NCBI GenBank assembly: GCA_001643675.2
Contig: LSRY02000064.1
Span: 248,001 to 312,000 of the forward strand
Source of the DNA: Monocercomonoides exilis PA203
Taxonomy: Eukaryota; Protista; Preaxostyla
Direction: 5' to 3'
DNA: 64,000 bases
In this document: piece by piece, positions 23,230 to 34,642 of the stretch
Numbering within the stretch: the stretch's first letter is position 1
How the letters are laid out: every line of letters starts with the position of its first letter
Notes under the pieces: generated by a model
What the model was told of the DNA's origin: nothing
The model's database searches: none
The model's input: the letters and a program-made list of their open reading frames with translations, nothing else
Translations under genes and position numbers: made by a program

Positions 23230-24699
23230 ACGAATGGGTGAAGCAAAAGGAGATTGACCAAACAAAAAATGAGAATGAATTTGAACAATGAAAAATGAAC
23301 AATTCTTGAACAACAAAAGAAGAGAACACAGAAAAAAAGGAATTAAAAGATGAAATCAGCGAGATTACGAAAGCATTGCTTCATTTCTTGGCAACTTATT
23401 CTTACGAATATATTTGTGGCAAATCAAAATAAAAGCCTTTGAAAAGTCGCTGAACAAGTGGCAGGCTCGTCTTTTGTTGCTCGAAAATGGAAATGTCTGT
23501 GTGAAAACTGGTGGTTGTTGAGAAAAAATGTGTGCCTGAATTAAAAAGGTGATTGGCAGCTGAAGAAAAAGTTAAGCAGAAGGTGACAAAGAAAAAATGG
23601 AATTTCTCTCAAATAATGGTGAAATGAAGGTTTGTTGAGAATGAAATAATGATGTTCTTGAAGGAAAGACGCACAAATGTTATTGATGTTTTTGTGTTTA
23701 TAAAATCAGATATGCTTATTTTTAATGTGAAAACGGCTGAATCTTATTTGGTGGAATGATGGTTTTGTTGTTTGTTCATCTGCCACCAAACCGTTTTCGT
23801 TTAATTTCAATTTCTGAAAATGAACATAAGCTTTGAAAATTGATCATGGCTTGGAACATGTGCTCTTTTGTTTTTAAATTGAGTGTGTTGTTTTTCCTTA
23901 ATGACAAAAAATAATGGAACAGTCAAAATTAAGTTAACAGGTTTAATTGAACATGTGAAAAAAGAAAAAAAAGCAAAAGTATTTATGAGAATAAATGAAT
24001 AAAGAACTAAACATGAAAATTTGGTCATTTGAAAGGATTCTTCATTTTTTCTTGAATAATTGAAGAGTGAAATCATATCTTGAAACTATCTGTAAATAAT
24101 ATTAAAAAAATTACTTATATATTTGTTTGTTAATTGAAGGGTGGGGCGGAATGGAGACAAAGTATTTTAGCTTTTGGATAATAAATATTTATCTAAATTT
24201 TTATAAACTCTCACACACCGAAAAAAATCTTTTTTTTTTTTTTTTTTTTGTATTTTGATGAAAATTTTCAAACTCTAATGAAATGAAACAAACTTTGTGA
24301 AACAATGTTGATATTCAATCTCTCAAAACAAATGGCAAAAAAAGGATCCAAAAAATTCGTAAAAAAATTGGTATTATTACAAAAATATATGAGTTATTGA
24401 ATATTCCGCGAATTTCTTAAAAGAATGGTATTTATCATATCATACACAATTCTGATTTCCAAAACAATTTTAAAAAATCATTAAAAAGTGATATTTTTAG
24501 GGAAAAGACAAAAAACCAATGGGCATGTTGAGAAAAGCATTCACATTAACAAATCAGAAGATCAAAGCGAAGTTCAAAAAGTTTTTAAAAGCTCAAATTC
24601 TAGTAAAAAAAATCCAATTTGACCTCTTCAAGCATTCAATCCATGCGTATTTCTCAGTCCTCAGCAGGTGAAATGTAATAACACTCTTATTCAAATGTT

Positions 24700-27600
24700 T
24701 TATTGCCCAATATTTTCAAGTTGAGTTTTTATTCTGTCCAATCGAGCATTCAATTCTTCAATTTGAGTGTTGACAACATCGCATTCATCATAATTCTCTT
24801 CTTCCATTAATTTGTTGAGTAACTCTTCCTTTTCTGCAATTGATGCCTCAATCTTGGCCTGCTCACCTTCCAGACGCACTTTTCTTGTTTCGTCATCTTC
24901 TGCCACTTCCTCTTTTCCTTGTTCATCATTTCCGGTTCTTTCGCATTCATCTTTCTTTTCTTCTTCATCTTTGTTTTCCTTCTCTTTGCTTGCTTCAATT
25001 GTTCCTGCTTCTTTCGCAATCTCTTCTTCTCTATGAGCAGCACTAGGACTAGAAACATTCTGTTCTTCGACTTCTCCCTCTTGCTCCTCTTCTGTTTCCT
25101 CATCCCACTCGTCCTCTTCCTCTTCGCTTGCAGAAGAAGAAGATCCTACAGTTGAAGCACCTGCAGAAGAAGAAGATAACGAAGTCATCGAAGATGCCAA
25201 TGTTGATGAAGCAGAAGATGCCAGAACAGATTGAGATGCTGACGTGGCAAAAGCTGAAGATGAAGCAGTTGCAGAAGCAGAAGCAGAAGCCACATCAAGA
25301 GAATGAGTTGAATTGGAGTGAGATGAAATAGAGGGGGAGTTTTGCATACCGGGTGGTGGTGAAGTCGACGGCGATGCTATCTGAAGGCGAGAAACTGACG
25401 CTGTCTGCTTTGCAGCAGAAGCAGCTGCTCCTTCTGCACTGAATGGATTCGGCGTAAGTGGCTTCTCTTCCATTCCAAGCTGCGCTCTTTCCTGGTTCTG
25501 CCGTTTCTCTCTGACAATCAGCTTCGTATAGTTCTTCTCCGCTTTCTCCTTCTCCGCTTTCTCTTTCCTCAACCTTTCCTCCTTCTCTTCCTTCTCGCCC
25601 TGTGCCAGCTCCCACGCAATCATCTTCTTCAGTGCGAGCCATGGGATGCTGCTGCTTCCATCACTGCTGCCTTCTCCGTTTGGAAGCGCAAAAGCGAGTG
25701 AAGATGGCATTGAAGATGTGGCAGACACAGACGCTGCTGCAAACGCAGACAGCTTCGGCCGCTCAGAAGTGTACAAGCTGCTTGTGCTGTCTTCGTCGTC
25801 GTCTCTCTCTCTGCTCTTGCTTTCATCGTCGAGGTTGGCTGCAGATGGAGAACGCGAGTGTAAAGCAGAGGAAGATAAAGAAGACGAGCGGGAATGAGAT
25901 GCCCCGCTAAGTGATAGAGCTGATGATGATGACGATGATGATGATGCAGATGATGAAGCAATGTGCTTATGACTCGCATTCCACAGCGCCATTTCTCGAT
26001 ATTCTTCTTCGTCGTCTTCTTCTGCTTCTTCCTCAAAGCACTCCATCTCTTCGCTCTTCTTCACATCTCGCAAAATCTGCTGCTCTTTTGTGAGTTCGAC
26101 AGTCTGCTCTGTTTGTTCGTCTTCAGCGCTTTCCTTTTCTTTCTGTGCTTCTTCTTCTTCTTCTTCTTCGGCATTTGCTGCTTTCTCCTCTTTGATTGTT
26201 TCTTTGTCTTGTTCTTCGTTTTCTTCATTAATTTTTCCTTCATCAGTCATTTCTTCCTCTTTTTTCTCTTCTTCCTCTTTTTCTGCCGGTGCTTCATTTG
26301 GTTCTTCATTCACTTCTTCTGCTGCTTCCTTCTTTTCTGCCTCTTTCTTTTCTTTTTCTTCCTTTGCTTTTATTCTCTCTCTCAATTTTCTCTCTTCCTC
26401 TTCCTCGTCTATCCCAAACAGATTCACCAGCCTTTTCCTCTCGCTCTCGTATATCCCCTTCATCAGCTCTATTCTCTTTGAAATGCGCCTCCTCTGCTCC
26501 TCAAAGTGCTTCACATCTCCTTCTACTGTGTTGGCAAGCACTTGGAACGCTGGCGACGTGTGGAATAAGTCGTCTTCCACTCCAAACTCTTTTAACTCCT
26601 TTTCTTCTTTCTCTTTCTCTTTCTCTTCCTGATCGTCATCGCCATTAGCCTTCTTTCTCATCTCCTCTTCCTTTTTCTGTGCATCTGCGCTGACTCTTTT
26701 CTTCCCTTCCATTCTTTCCTCTGCCTCCACCCTCTCCTTCTCCTTCCTCCTCTTCCTCCTCAGCGCGCTCTTCATCGCCTCGCTCGCATACTCCAGCAGC
26801 ATCTTGTGCGCCTTCGCCCGCGCCTGCCTCTTCCTCGCCGTCTGCCTCGTCGTCTGCAGCAGCGATGCCTGCACAGCCACTTTCTTCAGCGATGCTAGGA
26901 TCCTCTGCACAACAGGCTCGTTCATCGACTGCTTCAGTCCATAGATCTCCCCCGCAATGCGCATCACCTGCGCCTCCATGTCCTTCGCCCGGTCGTCCAG
27001 CTCCTTCGCCAGCACCTCCTTCTCCTCCACCTCCTGCTTCAGCTCTTTGATCTGGTCAGAGATCTTCTTCGCCGCCTTGAAGTTGTGTGCTGCTGCTGCC
27101 GTCTTCTTCTCCACCTCCATCGACACCAGCCGCTCTTCCTGGATGTTGTGAACCGTCTGCCGCAGCTGCATGCTCTGCTCGCGGCACTTGTTCTGCTCTG
27201 CCTCCAGCTCGTCCCTCTCCTTCTCGATCGCCGCCACATGCTTCTGCTGGTGCTTCACCTCGTCCTCTCGTTCCTCTTCTTCCGTGCTCGCTCGCAGCAG
27301 GTCGCGGAAAAGCTGCTGTGTTTCGCGTGTTTCGGTTGCAATGCGCGTTCTTTCTGCTGACAAAACAAACGACTCTGCTTCTACAACAGCCAGCACCACT
27401 CGCTCATACGTCCCTTTCGCTGCCTCTTCTGACTCCGACGCTTCCATCAGCATCACTCCGTTCTCTGCCCGTGCACGCATCGTCCGACACAGCCTCAGCT
27501 GTTGTGCAGCCCTCTTCTGGTTCTCAGTGACTGACGTGAGTTCTGTCAGATGTCTCCTCTCTGCCTCTGCCACGCGCCGGTCAATCGCGTCTGTCTGCTT

Positions 27601-29548
27601 GTCGATGCTGCCGATGGACTCCTTCAGCCGCGCGATGGCCTTCAGATGCTCTTCCATCTCGTCGACCATCTCTTTCCGGCTGTTCAGCAGCTGCGCCTTC
27701 TCCTCTGCGGCTGACCCGGCCTCGCGATCGATCTTCTCTCGCACGGCATCCACACGCACATCTGCCACTGCTGTCTCCAGCGCTGCCTCGTCCTCTTTCT
27801 TTTCGCTCTGCGCGAGTTCTCCTTTCATCGCCTGCAGCTCTTTGCTGCTGTCAATCACTTCCTCTGCTCCTCCTCCGAACCCTCTTCCATCGGCAGTCAG
27901 GGCAGACGAAGATGAAGAAGAGCTCATTCCCTTTTTCTTCTTGTCAAGCGATCGCGACAGCCGAATCCGCATTGTGTCCAGCCTCGTCTGTGCAGTGTCG
28001 CGTGCTTCCTGTTCGTCAGTCAGCAGTTTTGACTGCTCCAGGAACATGTTCTGCAAGTTCTGTGCCAGCTCGCTTTTCCTGCCTTGTATCTCCTTCTCCT
28101 TCTCCTCCAGCGCCTCTATCTGCACTCTTAGCTCCTCTGCCCGGTCGAAGTCTTCTTCTTCTCCGGCCTTTGTTTGCTCTTCCTCCAGCGCCCCGATCTG
28201 CTGCCTCAGGCGCGCAAGCATTGCGTCTCCGCTTTCCTCCATCTGACTGTAGAGAACATTCTCCTTCTCGCCCAGCTTCTGCCGGCGCTCGTGGATCGTC
28301 TTCAGCGAGTTTCCGACTTCTTCGACTGCGCCGCGGCAAAGAGAGATGGTGGAGTTGACTGGAACAGGAGGTGGGAGCACGGTGATTGGCTGTGGAGGGA
28401 TTGGGGGTTGGGTGTGGTGTGGCTGTGATGCAGAAAGAGAAGAGGGAACAACAGATGGTGAACTTGTTCTGGATGAAGGAGATAAATCAGATTGAGATAG
28501 TGCTGATGAAGAAGCTGAGGCTGATGAAGCACCTCGAGTTTCAACCGCGCTCACTGATGGAGGTGCTTGAGTGGGTTGAGGTTGAGTTTGTGGTTGAGAA
28601 GGACGTGAAGTGTAATCTCTTGGCAGTGATGGAGATAAAGATTTTGATGAAGGGGAATTGCTGGGAGAAGTAGAAGAAGATGCATTAGGAGGGAAATGTG
28701 ATATACGAGGATCTGCATGCTCAGATGATTGCTTTACAGGCTTGGGCCTAACTGAAATTGGGCTTTGTTCGGGTAAAGATGAGACTTCGGTCTTTGATAA
28801 AGACGATTGAAGTGGAGATATTTCAGGAAGAGAAGATTGTGATCGTATTGTTGAAGAAGGAGTTTGGATTGCAGATGATAATGGAGTGTGTTGATGCGCT
28901 AATTGTGAATGTTGTTGCCTGTTTTGTTCTACACTTTGAGGTGTTGACGATAGCTTTTGATTATCTCTCATATCATCAAGAATAGTTAATTGTTGTTTAT
29001 GTTCTTGAACAGCAGTAGCAGGCGAAGCAGTTTGTGGTGAAATTGTGTGAGTAGTTTTGTCTTGCACTTCTTCTTGTCTCAATGAAGTGTTTTGAGATGG
29101 TGGTGAAGACGAATCTCGAATATTTGTCTGAGAAGTTGATAATTTTGAAGGCGACGCTTGCAATGCTGTTGGACTAATTGCATCTGAGCGCTGACTAGGA
29201 GATGAAGAAATTGGATCTTCCTCTCTGTTTGCGCCTGGTCGAAATCTTGGAGCATTTCGCCTTCGAACGCTTGCCCCTGGAAGCGAAGCAACTGAAGGAG
29301 ACTTTGCTTTTGGTGTAACAAGACGCCTAACAACAGGGCTAGGTTTTAGTGGGGGGTGTTGTTCTTCGGGATCGTCTGAAGGAATATTCAACAAGAATCA
29401 TAAAAATTATTTTTGAAAAAATTCGTTGAGAGTGTTCATGTTTAAAAAATTGCATTTTAATGTTAAACGTGCAATAACATTCAAATGCATCAAATGCATA
29501 TTTTACAAAAGCGCACTGGAGCACACCTATAAAATCAAAGGCACTCAT
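24700..29548 (-). CDS. Large coiled-coil protein with three UVR (UvrB/C)-like motifs (exons 29548-29527, 29375-24700)
   Basis: Motifs EEEDFDRAEELRVQIEALE, EKKTAAAAHNFKAAKKISDQIKEL and EEENYDECDVVNTQIEEL. A 22-nt first exon (MSAFDFI) splices in frame via intron 29376-29526. Confidence 0.75.
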
Positions 29549-30379
29549 AAATATTAATTAAAGAATAGATCATATAAAATATTTTTTAATGAAAAATCAA
29601 CAAATAAATTTTGTTGATGGAAAAATATAAATGTTAAGAAAGTTATAACAAATTTCGAAAAATTTGAAATTTACTGCAGCATATTATGAATTTTGTGAAT
29701 TATTTTTTTTGAGTCATTTTTGAATAGCAATTGTTTTCACAACTGAATCAATGAATGTTTAGAGTGCAAAGCATTTTCATTATCTAATTCTATTTTTATG
29801 CTATGCTCAGTCTGAAGAAATCAATCAATTTTGTTATCACAAATTATTTCTATTTAATTTTAATTTTTGATTAGAACTCTTTCGTTTATTCATCTTGTTT
29901 TTCATTAAAAGGAAAAAATATCTGAACTTTCTCAAATGAATTTGATTAAAAAAGCTCAAAAAGTTTTCTTTCATGTTTTTTTGAAAAGTCATCAAGTTCA
30001 CTTATCTCATAATAAAAAAATATTGATCAACAATCAATAATACTTTTCAGCTCGGATTGTTCTTATCAATCATATCAAAAAATCGATTATTCCGTGACTG
30101 AAACACAATTTTGAAATCTTATGAAATTGTAATAAATGAGATTTTTATTGAATTCACCTTTCAATTATTATAATTCAGCTTTTTTTCATGCCAACAATCA
30201 GTCGAAATTTAGACTTCAATGAACCACAAAATATCCAAAAAATGTTGGAAAATCCATTCGGATTTACGTTTTTGCGATTCTTCATATATCTTACTGCGTA
30301 TTTGTCTCGAAAAAGCATATAATACTTATTGAATGCCGAATTAATAATAAAGGGTGAATAAAATTTTCCTTATACATAA

Positions 30380-31620
30380 ATGTCAACAATATCCTTCCAC
30401 AACCCAACAAAGGTTTAATTTTTGATTTTGTTCATTGTGTTTTGATTTATGTATGTTGAAAATATAATTTTTAGTATCTTTTAGGCCCATCAAGCATTGA
30501 GCAGCTCGGTGGTGAAATTAAGAAATGCGGATTCAAAAAGGTTTTGATTGTATTAGGAGGAGGTTCCGCTAAAACAAATGGAGTGTATGATCGCGTAAAG
30601 AAAACACTTAGCGAAAATGGAATTGAAAGCGAAGAATTGTGGGGTGTTCAGCCAAATCCACTCATTTCTAAAGTCAGAGAAGGAGTAGCAATGTGCAAAG
30701 ACCCTTCAAAGCATATTGAAGCTGTTCTTGCTGTTGGAGGAGGAAGCACAATTGATAGCTGCAAAGCAATTTGCGCTGGAACAAAAATGGAAAAAGATGT
30801 CTGGGAATGTTACATTGGAAAATCTCCACGTCCAGAGGTTTCCCTTCCATTATTCACTGTATTGACAATCTCAGCAACTGCATCCGAATTTAATGGAGGT
30901 TCAGTCATTTCCAACCCAGAAGAACATGCAAAATTGCCATTCTATTTTTATTTCCCAATTGCAAGCGCAATTGATCCAACTGTTCAATTCCATTTGCCTT
31001 GGCGCCAAGTGATGTGCGGAGCTGTTGATTCAATGTCTCATCTTATGGAAACTTATTTCTCCCGTGATGCATCCAACTACACAACACGTCAAATTAATCT
31101 TGCTATTCAAAGATCAATAATCAAGTCCATGGAGAGAATCAAGGCAAATAAGGAAGATTTGGAAGCTCGCACTAACTTCTGTTGGGCTGTTTCTTTGGCT
31201 TTGAATACTTTGCCAGAATTTGGATTGTCTGGAGATTGGAATGTGCATTACATTGAGCATTCTATTTCTGCTTTCAACGACAAAATTGCACACGGAGAAG
31301 GATTAGCTGTTGTGTCTCTTTCATACTATCCATACATTTATGCAAAGGGAATATGTCCGGAGCAGTTTGAGGAATGGGCAGAAACTGTTTATGGAACGAA
31401 AGATGTCAAAGCTGCCTTTGCCAAAATGAGAGAGTTATATACTTTCTGGGAGACTCCAAAGACGCTGCAAGACCTCAAGCTTGTTCCTGAAAACATTGAC
31501 GCGATTGTAAAGATTGAACAGGATCAGCAAAAAGTTGGAGTGAAGTCTGATCTTTTCCCTCTGAAAGAAGAAGATACAAGAAAGATTTTGCAAATTGCAG
31601 CTGGTGTTGCAACATTATAA
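30380..31620 (+). CDS. Iron-containing NAD(P)H-dependent alcohol/butanol dehydrogenase, BdhA/YqhD-like (intron 30413-30474)
   Basis: MSTISFHNPTK|YLLG, GGGS, GVQPNP, LAVGGGSTIDSCK, TISATASE, DSMSHLMETY, HYIEH and AHGEGLA (metal-binding His/Asp). Confidence 0.92.
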
Positions 31621-32228
31621 GGGTCATTTAACATTGTTCTTTTGAAGATTGTTAAACATTTCTTGAAAGAGCGACTTTTTGTTCCTGTAAATGTTCACAA
31701 AATTGTAACTTATTTATTTTCGATTTTAATTAATTCTCATAATTTTTACCATACTTTCTTTGGAAAAACATACACATAGTTTTGATAATTGTGTTATTTT
31801 TTAATTTTCAACGATAAAAATGAATGCTCAACAAATAAATAAAGAAGTATTTGACAGATGAGAAAAAAACAAACATTTTTTTAAATTTTCATAAAATATT
31901 ATGCATTTGATATGAAAAAAGTTCTCATGAAATATTTCAATAAACTTTATCATGAAACATATTTAATGGAACAATTTATCATTTTTTGTTCATCAAACTA
32001 CTAACCTGTTTGTTCTTTTCAAAAAAAAATCATATTTATTCCACAAACGAATTTTGTAAACCATAATTGTTTATTGAGATGATGCCAAATATGGTAAAAA
32101 AGCCAAAAAGGGAATTTCCAATTACATCAAAATCCAAGAACAGTATGATGAGCCTTTAGTAATTGTTGTAAACGTTATGTCTCATTAATATTTTATATAA
32201 TGTACCTATTTTTGTATTTTTGAAGAAT

Positions 32229-33890
32229 ATGTCTCTTTGCTCTGTTTATAACAAAAACGCAAAAGTTATTAAGAACATTCACGTTCCATCAGTGATTCGC
32301 TACAGTCCAATCCGTCCTGATGTTGTCAACTTTGTGCACACAAACATCACAAAGAACAGCAGACAGCCATATGGCCGTTACAACAAAGCTGGACATCAAC
32401 ATTCAGCTGAATCATGGGGTACAGGAAGAGCTGTGTCTCGTGTGCCACGTATTTCTGGCTCAGGAACTTCAAGAAACGGCCAGGGTGCGTTCGCCAACAT
32501 GACTCGTGGTGGTCGCATGTTCTCTCCACTGAAAATCTGGAGAAGATGGCACAGAATGGTTAATGTGACCCAAAAGAGATACGCCATGTGCTCTGCCATC
32601 GCTGCATCAGCAGTTCCATCTCTGGTGATGGCCCATGGTCACAGAATCGAAAAAGTTCCTGAGATCCCATTGGTTGTCTCAAACGACATTGAGCGTATCA
32701 AGAAGACAAAAGAAGCTTTGAGAATCTTGTCCATGCTGCATGCTACAAACGATATCAAGAGATCAGCAGACTCAAGAAAGATCAGAGCTGGCCAAGGAAA
32801 GATGCGTAACCGTCGCTATGTCCAGAGAAAAGGTGTTTTGATTGTTCATGCAGGCAAACAAGGTTTGTCTCGTGCATGCAGAAACATCTCTGGTGTGAAC
32901 TGCATCAACGTCTGCAGACTTAACCTCAAGGAAATGGCACCTGGTGGACATGTTGGTCGTTTTGTCATTTGGACTGAAGCAGCCTTCAGAAAATTGGACA
33001 AACTCTATGGAACTCGCCGTCGTGATGCCATGATGAAGAGAGGATATCGCCATCCCACTTCTCACATGGTCTTGACAGATCTGGACCGTATCATTCACTC
33101 TGGCTCTGTTCAGAGATATGTCCAGCCAAAGAAGCACCCACATCCTCGCATCCCAAGAAAGAGAGGAGAACTTCTTCTTGTGCGCAAAATCAGAAGAATG
33201 ACAATTTTGAACAGCAAAGTTAAGCAAGCAAGAAAAGCACGTCTTGAGAAACTGCGCTCACTTGGCAAGCTTCCAGCAAAGAAGGTGAAGGGACCAGTGA
33301 CAAAGAGAACCAATCTTGTTGATCCATGGGGAGTTCCACTGCGCAGAAAGGAGAGAAGAGTTGTCCTCAGAAAACTCAAGGCAGAAAAGAAGGCGAAGAA
33401 AGAGGCAGCCAAGAAAGCACGCTTGGACAGAATCCAGAAGGCAATTGCACGCGCAAAGGCAAAGAGAGAGGCAAATAAGAAGAAGATGGCAGAAGCAAAG
33501 AAACAGATGAAGGACAAGAAGGTCAAGCCAGTCTCAAAAGCCGAGAAACGCAAGGCAAAACAGGAAGAGAAGAAGAAGAAGATCGCCGAATTGGCAAAAG
33601 CAAAGGCTTTGAAAAAAGCAGCCACAACATCACAGAAATCAAAGAAAGCAAAGTCAGCAAAAAAGGCAAAAGCAGCCTCAAAAGCAAAGGACGCAAAGAA
33701 AGACGTCAAGAAAGTTGAGAAGAAACCAAAGACCACAACAAAGAAGGATGTCAAGAAGACCGAGAAAAAAGATGTGAAGAAGGATGCAAAGAAAGACACC
33801 AAGAAACCAGTTAACAAAGACGCCAAGAAGGATGTCAAGAAAGTCGAGAAGAAAGAAGCACCAAAAGCCAAAGCAACCCAAAAGAAGTAA
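32229..33890 (+). CDS. RPL4: 60S ribosomal protein uL4 with long Lys/Ala-rich C-terminal extension
   Basis: PIRPDVVNFVH, AGHQHSAESWGTGRAVSRVPR, RAGQGKMRNRRY and APGGHVGRFVIWTE. Confidence 0.97.
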   Translation: MSLCSVYNKNAKVIKNIHVPSVIRYSPIRPDVVNFVHTNITKNSRQPYGRYNKAGHQHSAESWGTGRAVSRVPRISGSGTSRNGQGAFANMTRGGRMFSPLKIWRRWHRMVNVTQKRYAMCSAIAASAVPSLVMAHGHRIEKVPEIPLVVSNDIERIKKTKEALRILSMLHATNDIKRSADSRKIRAGQGKMRNRRYVQRKGVLIVHAGKQGLSRACRNISGVNCINVCRLNLKEMAPGGHVGRFVIWTEAAFRKLDKLYGTRRRDAMMKRGYRHPTSHMVLTDLDRIIHSGSVQRYVQPKKHPHPRIPRKRGELLLVRKIRRMTILNSKVKQARKARLEKLRSLGKLPAKKVKGPVTKRTNLVDPWGVPLRRKERRVVLRKLKAEKKAKKEAAKKARLDRIQKAIARAKAKREANKKKMAEAKKQMKDKKVKPVSKAEKRKAKQEEKKKKIAELAKAKALKKAATTSQKSKKAKSAKKAKAASKAKDAKKDVKKVEKKPKTTTKKDVKKTEKKDVKKDAKKDTKKPVNKDAKKDVKKVEKKEAPKAKATQKK

Positions 33891-34642
33891 ATTTGCCTTT
33901 TTTTAAATTGCCTCTATGGCAAAACATTTGATTATTTTGATCAATTGTTTTGTTAATTGGCAAAAATATACATTTGTTCTTGCACTTTTGATGTTCAAGA
34001 TGACATTGACCATTTCATCTTTTCGATAAGTGCAAATATTGATTGAATTTATGAAATGTTTTCTTTTGCCAAAAAGTGTGAAAAAAAAAAAGCGACATGA
34101 AAATAAAATATTGAGATTAAATGCAAAAAGCTTAATTCTGGTTTTAAAATTCAGCTGTGAATTTCTCTAAGACAAAATGTAGAGAGCTGAATTAAAAAGC
34201 ATTTTCTATTTCTGAAAATGAAGCAAATAAAGAATAAATAAATAAAATATAAAATAAAATTAAAAAGGAATAATTCACAATCAAAATGAAACAAACGGAA
34301 AAAGATTTGTCCCAAATAATCATAAAAAGAAGTAATGTCTCAAAAAAAATAATTGACAATATGCTTTTTAATGAAAAAAGAATGGTGGATTTCGTAAGGG
34401 GCTGTTCCATTGAATCAAAGGAGAGGAGCAAATGAAAAATAAATATATTCTGCAATTGCAGATGTCATGCGAGGATAAGAACAAGCAGATGCTCTTCTTG
34501 TTTATAATGCCTATTGTTTCCAGTGTTTATTTCATAGTGACAGGCATAGGAAGTGTTCTCAAACTCTGAAGAAGAGAATGATAAAGAAAAAAAAACCAGA
34601 TGCAAGATGAGATTTTAAAAGGCTTCAATGAAAGAAGGAAGA

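Noticed and set aside
23745-23790. Small hairpin TTGGTGG...CCACCAA downstream of the giant gene
   Set aside because: Short imperfect stem with no recognisable ncRNA boxes; could arise by chance.
5945-28985. Numerous long antisense and alternate-frame ORFs over Vps11, the giant gene and the UVR gene
   Set aside because: They are shadow ORFs caused by GC-rich, purine-skewed, low-complexity coding DNA, with no recognisable motifs.
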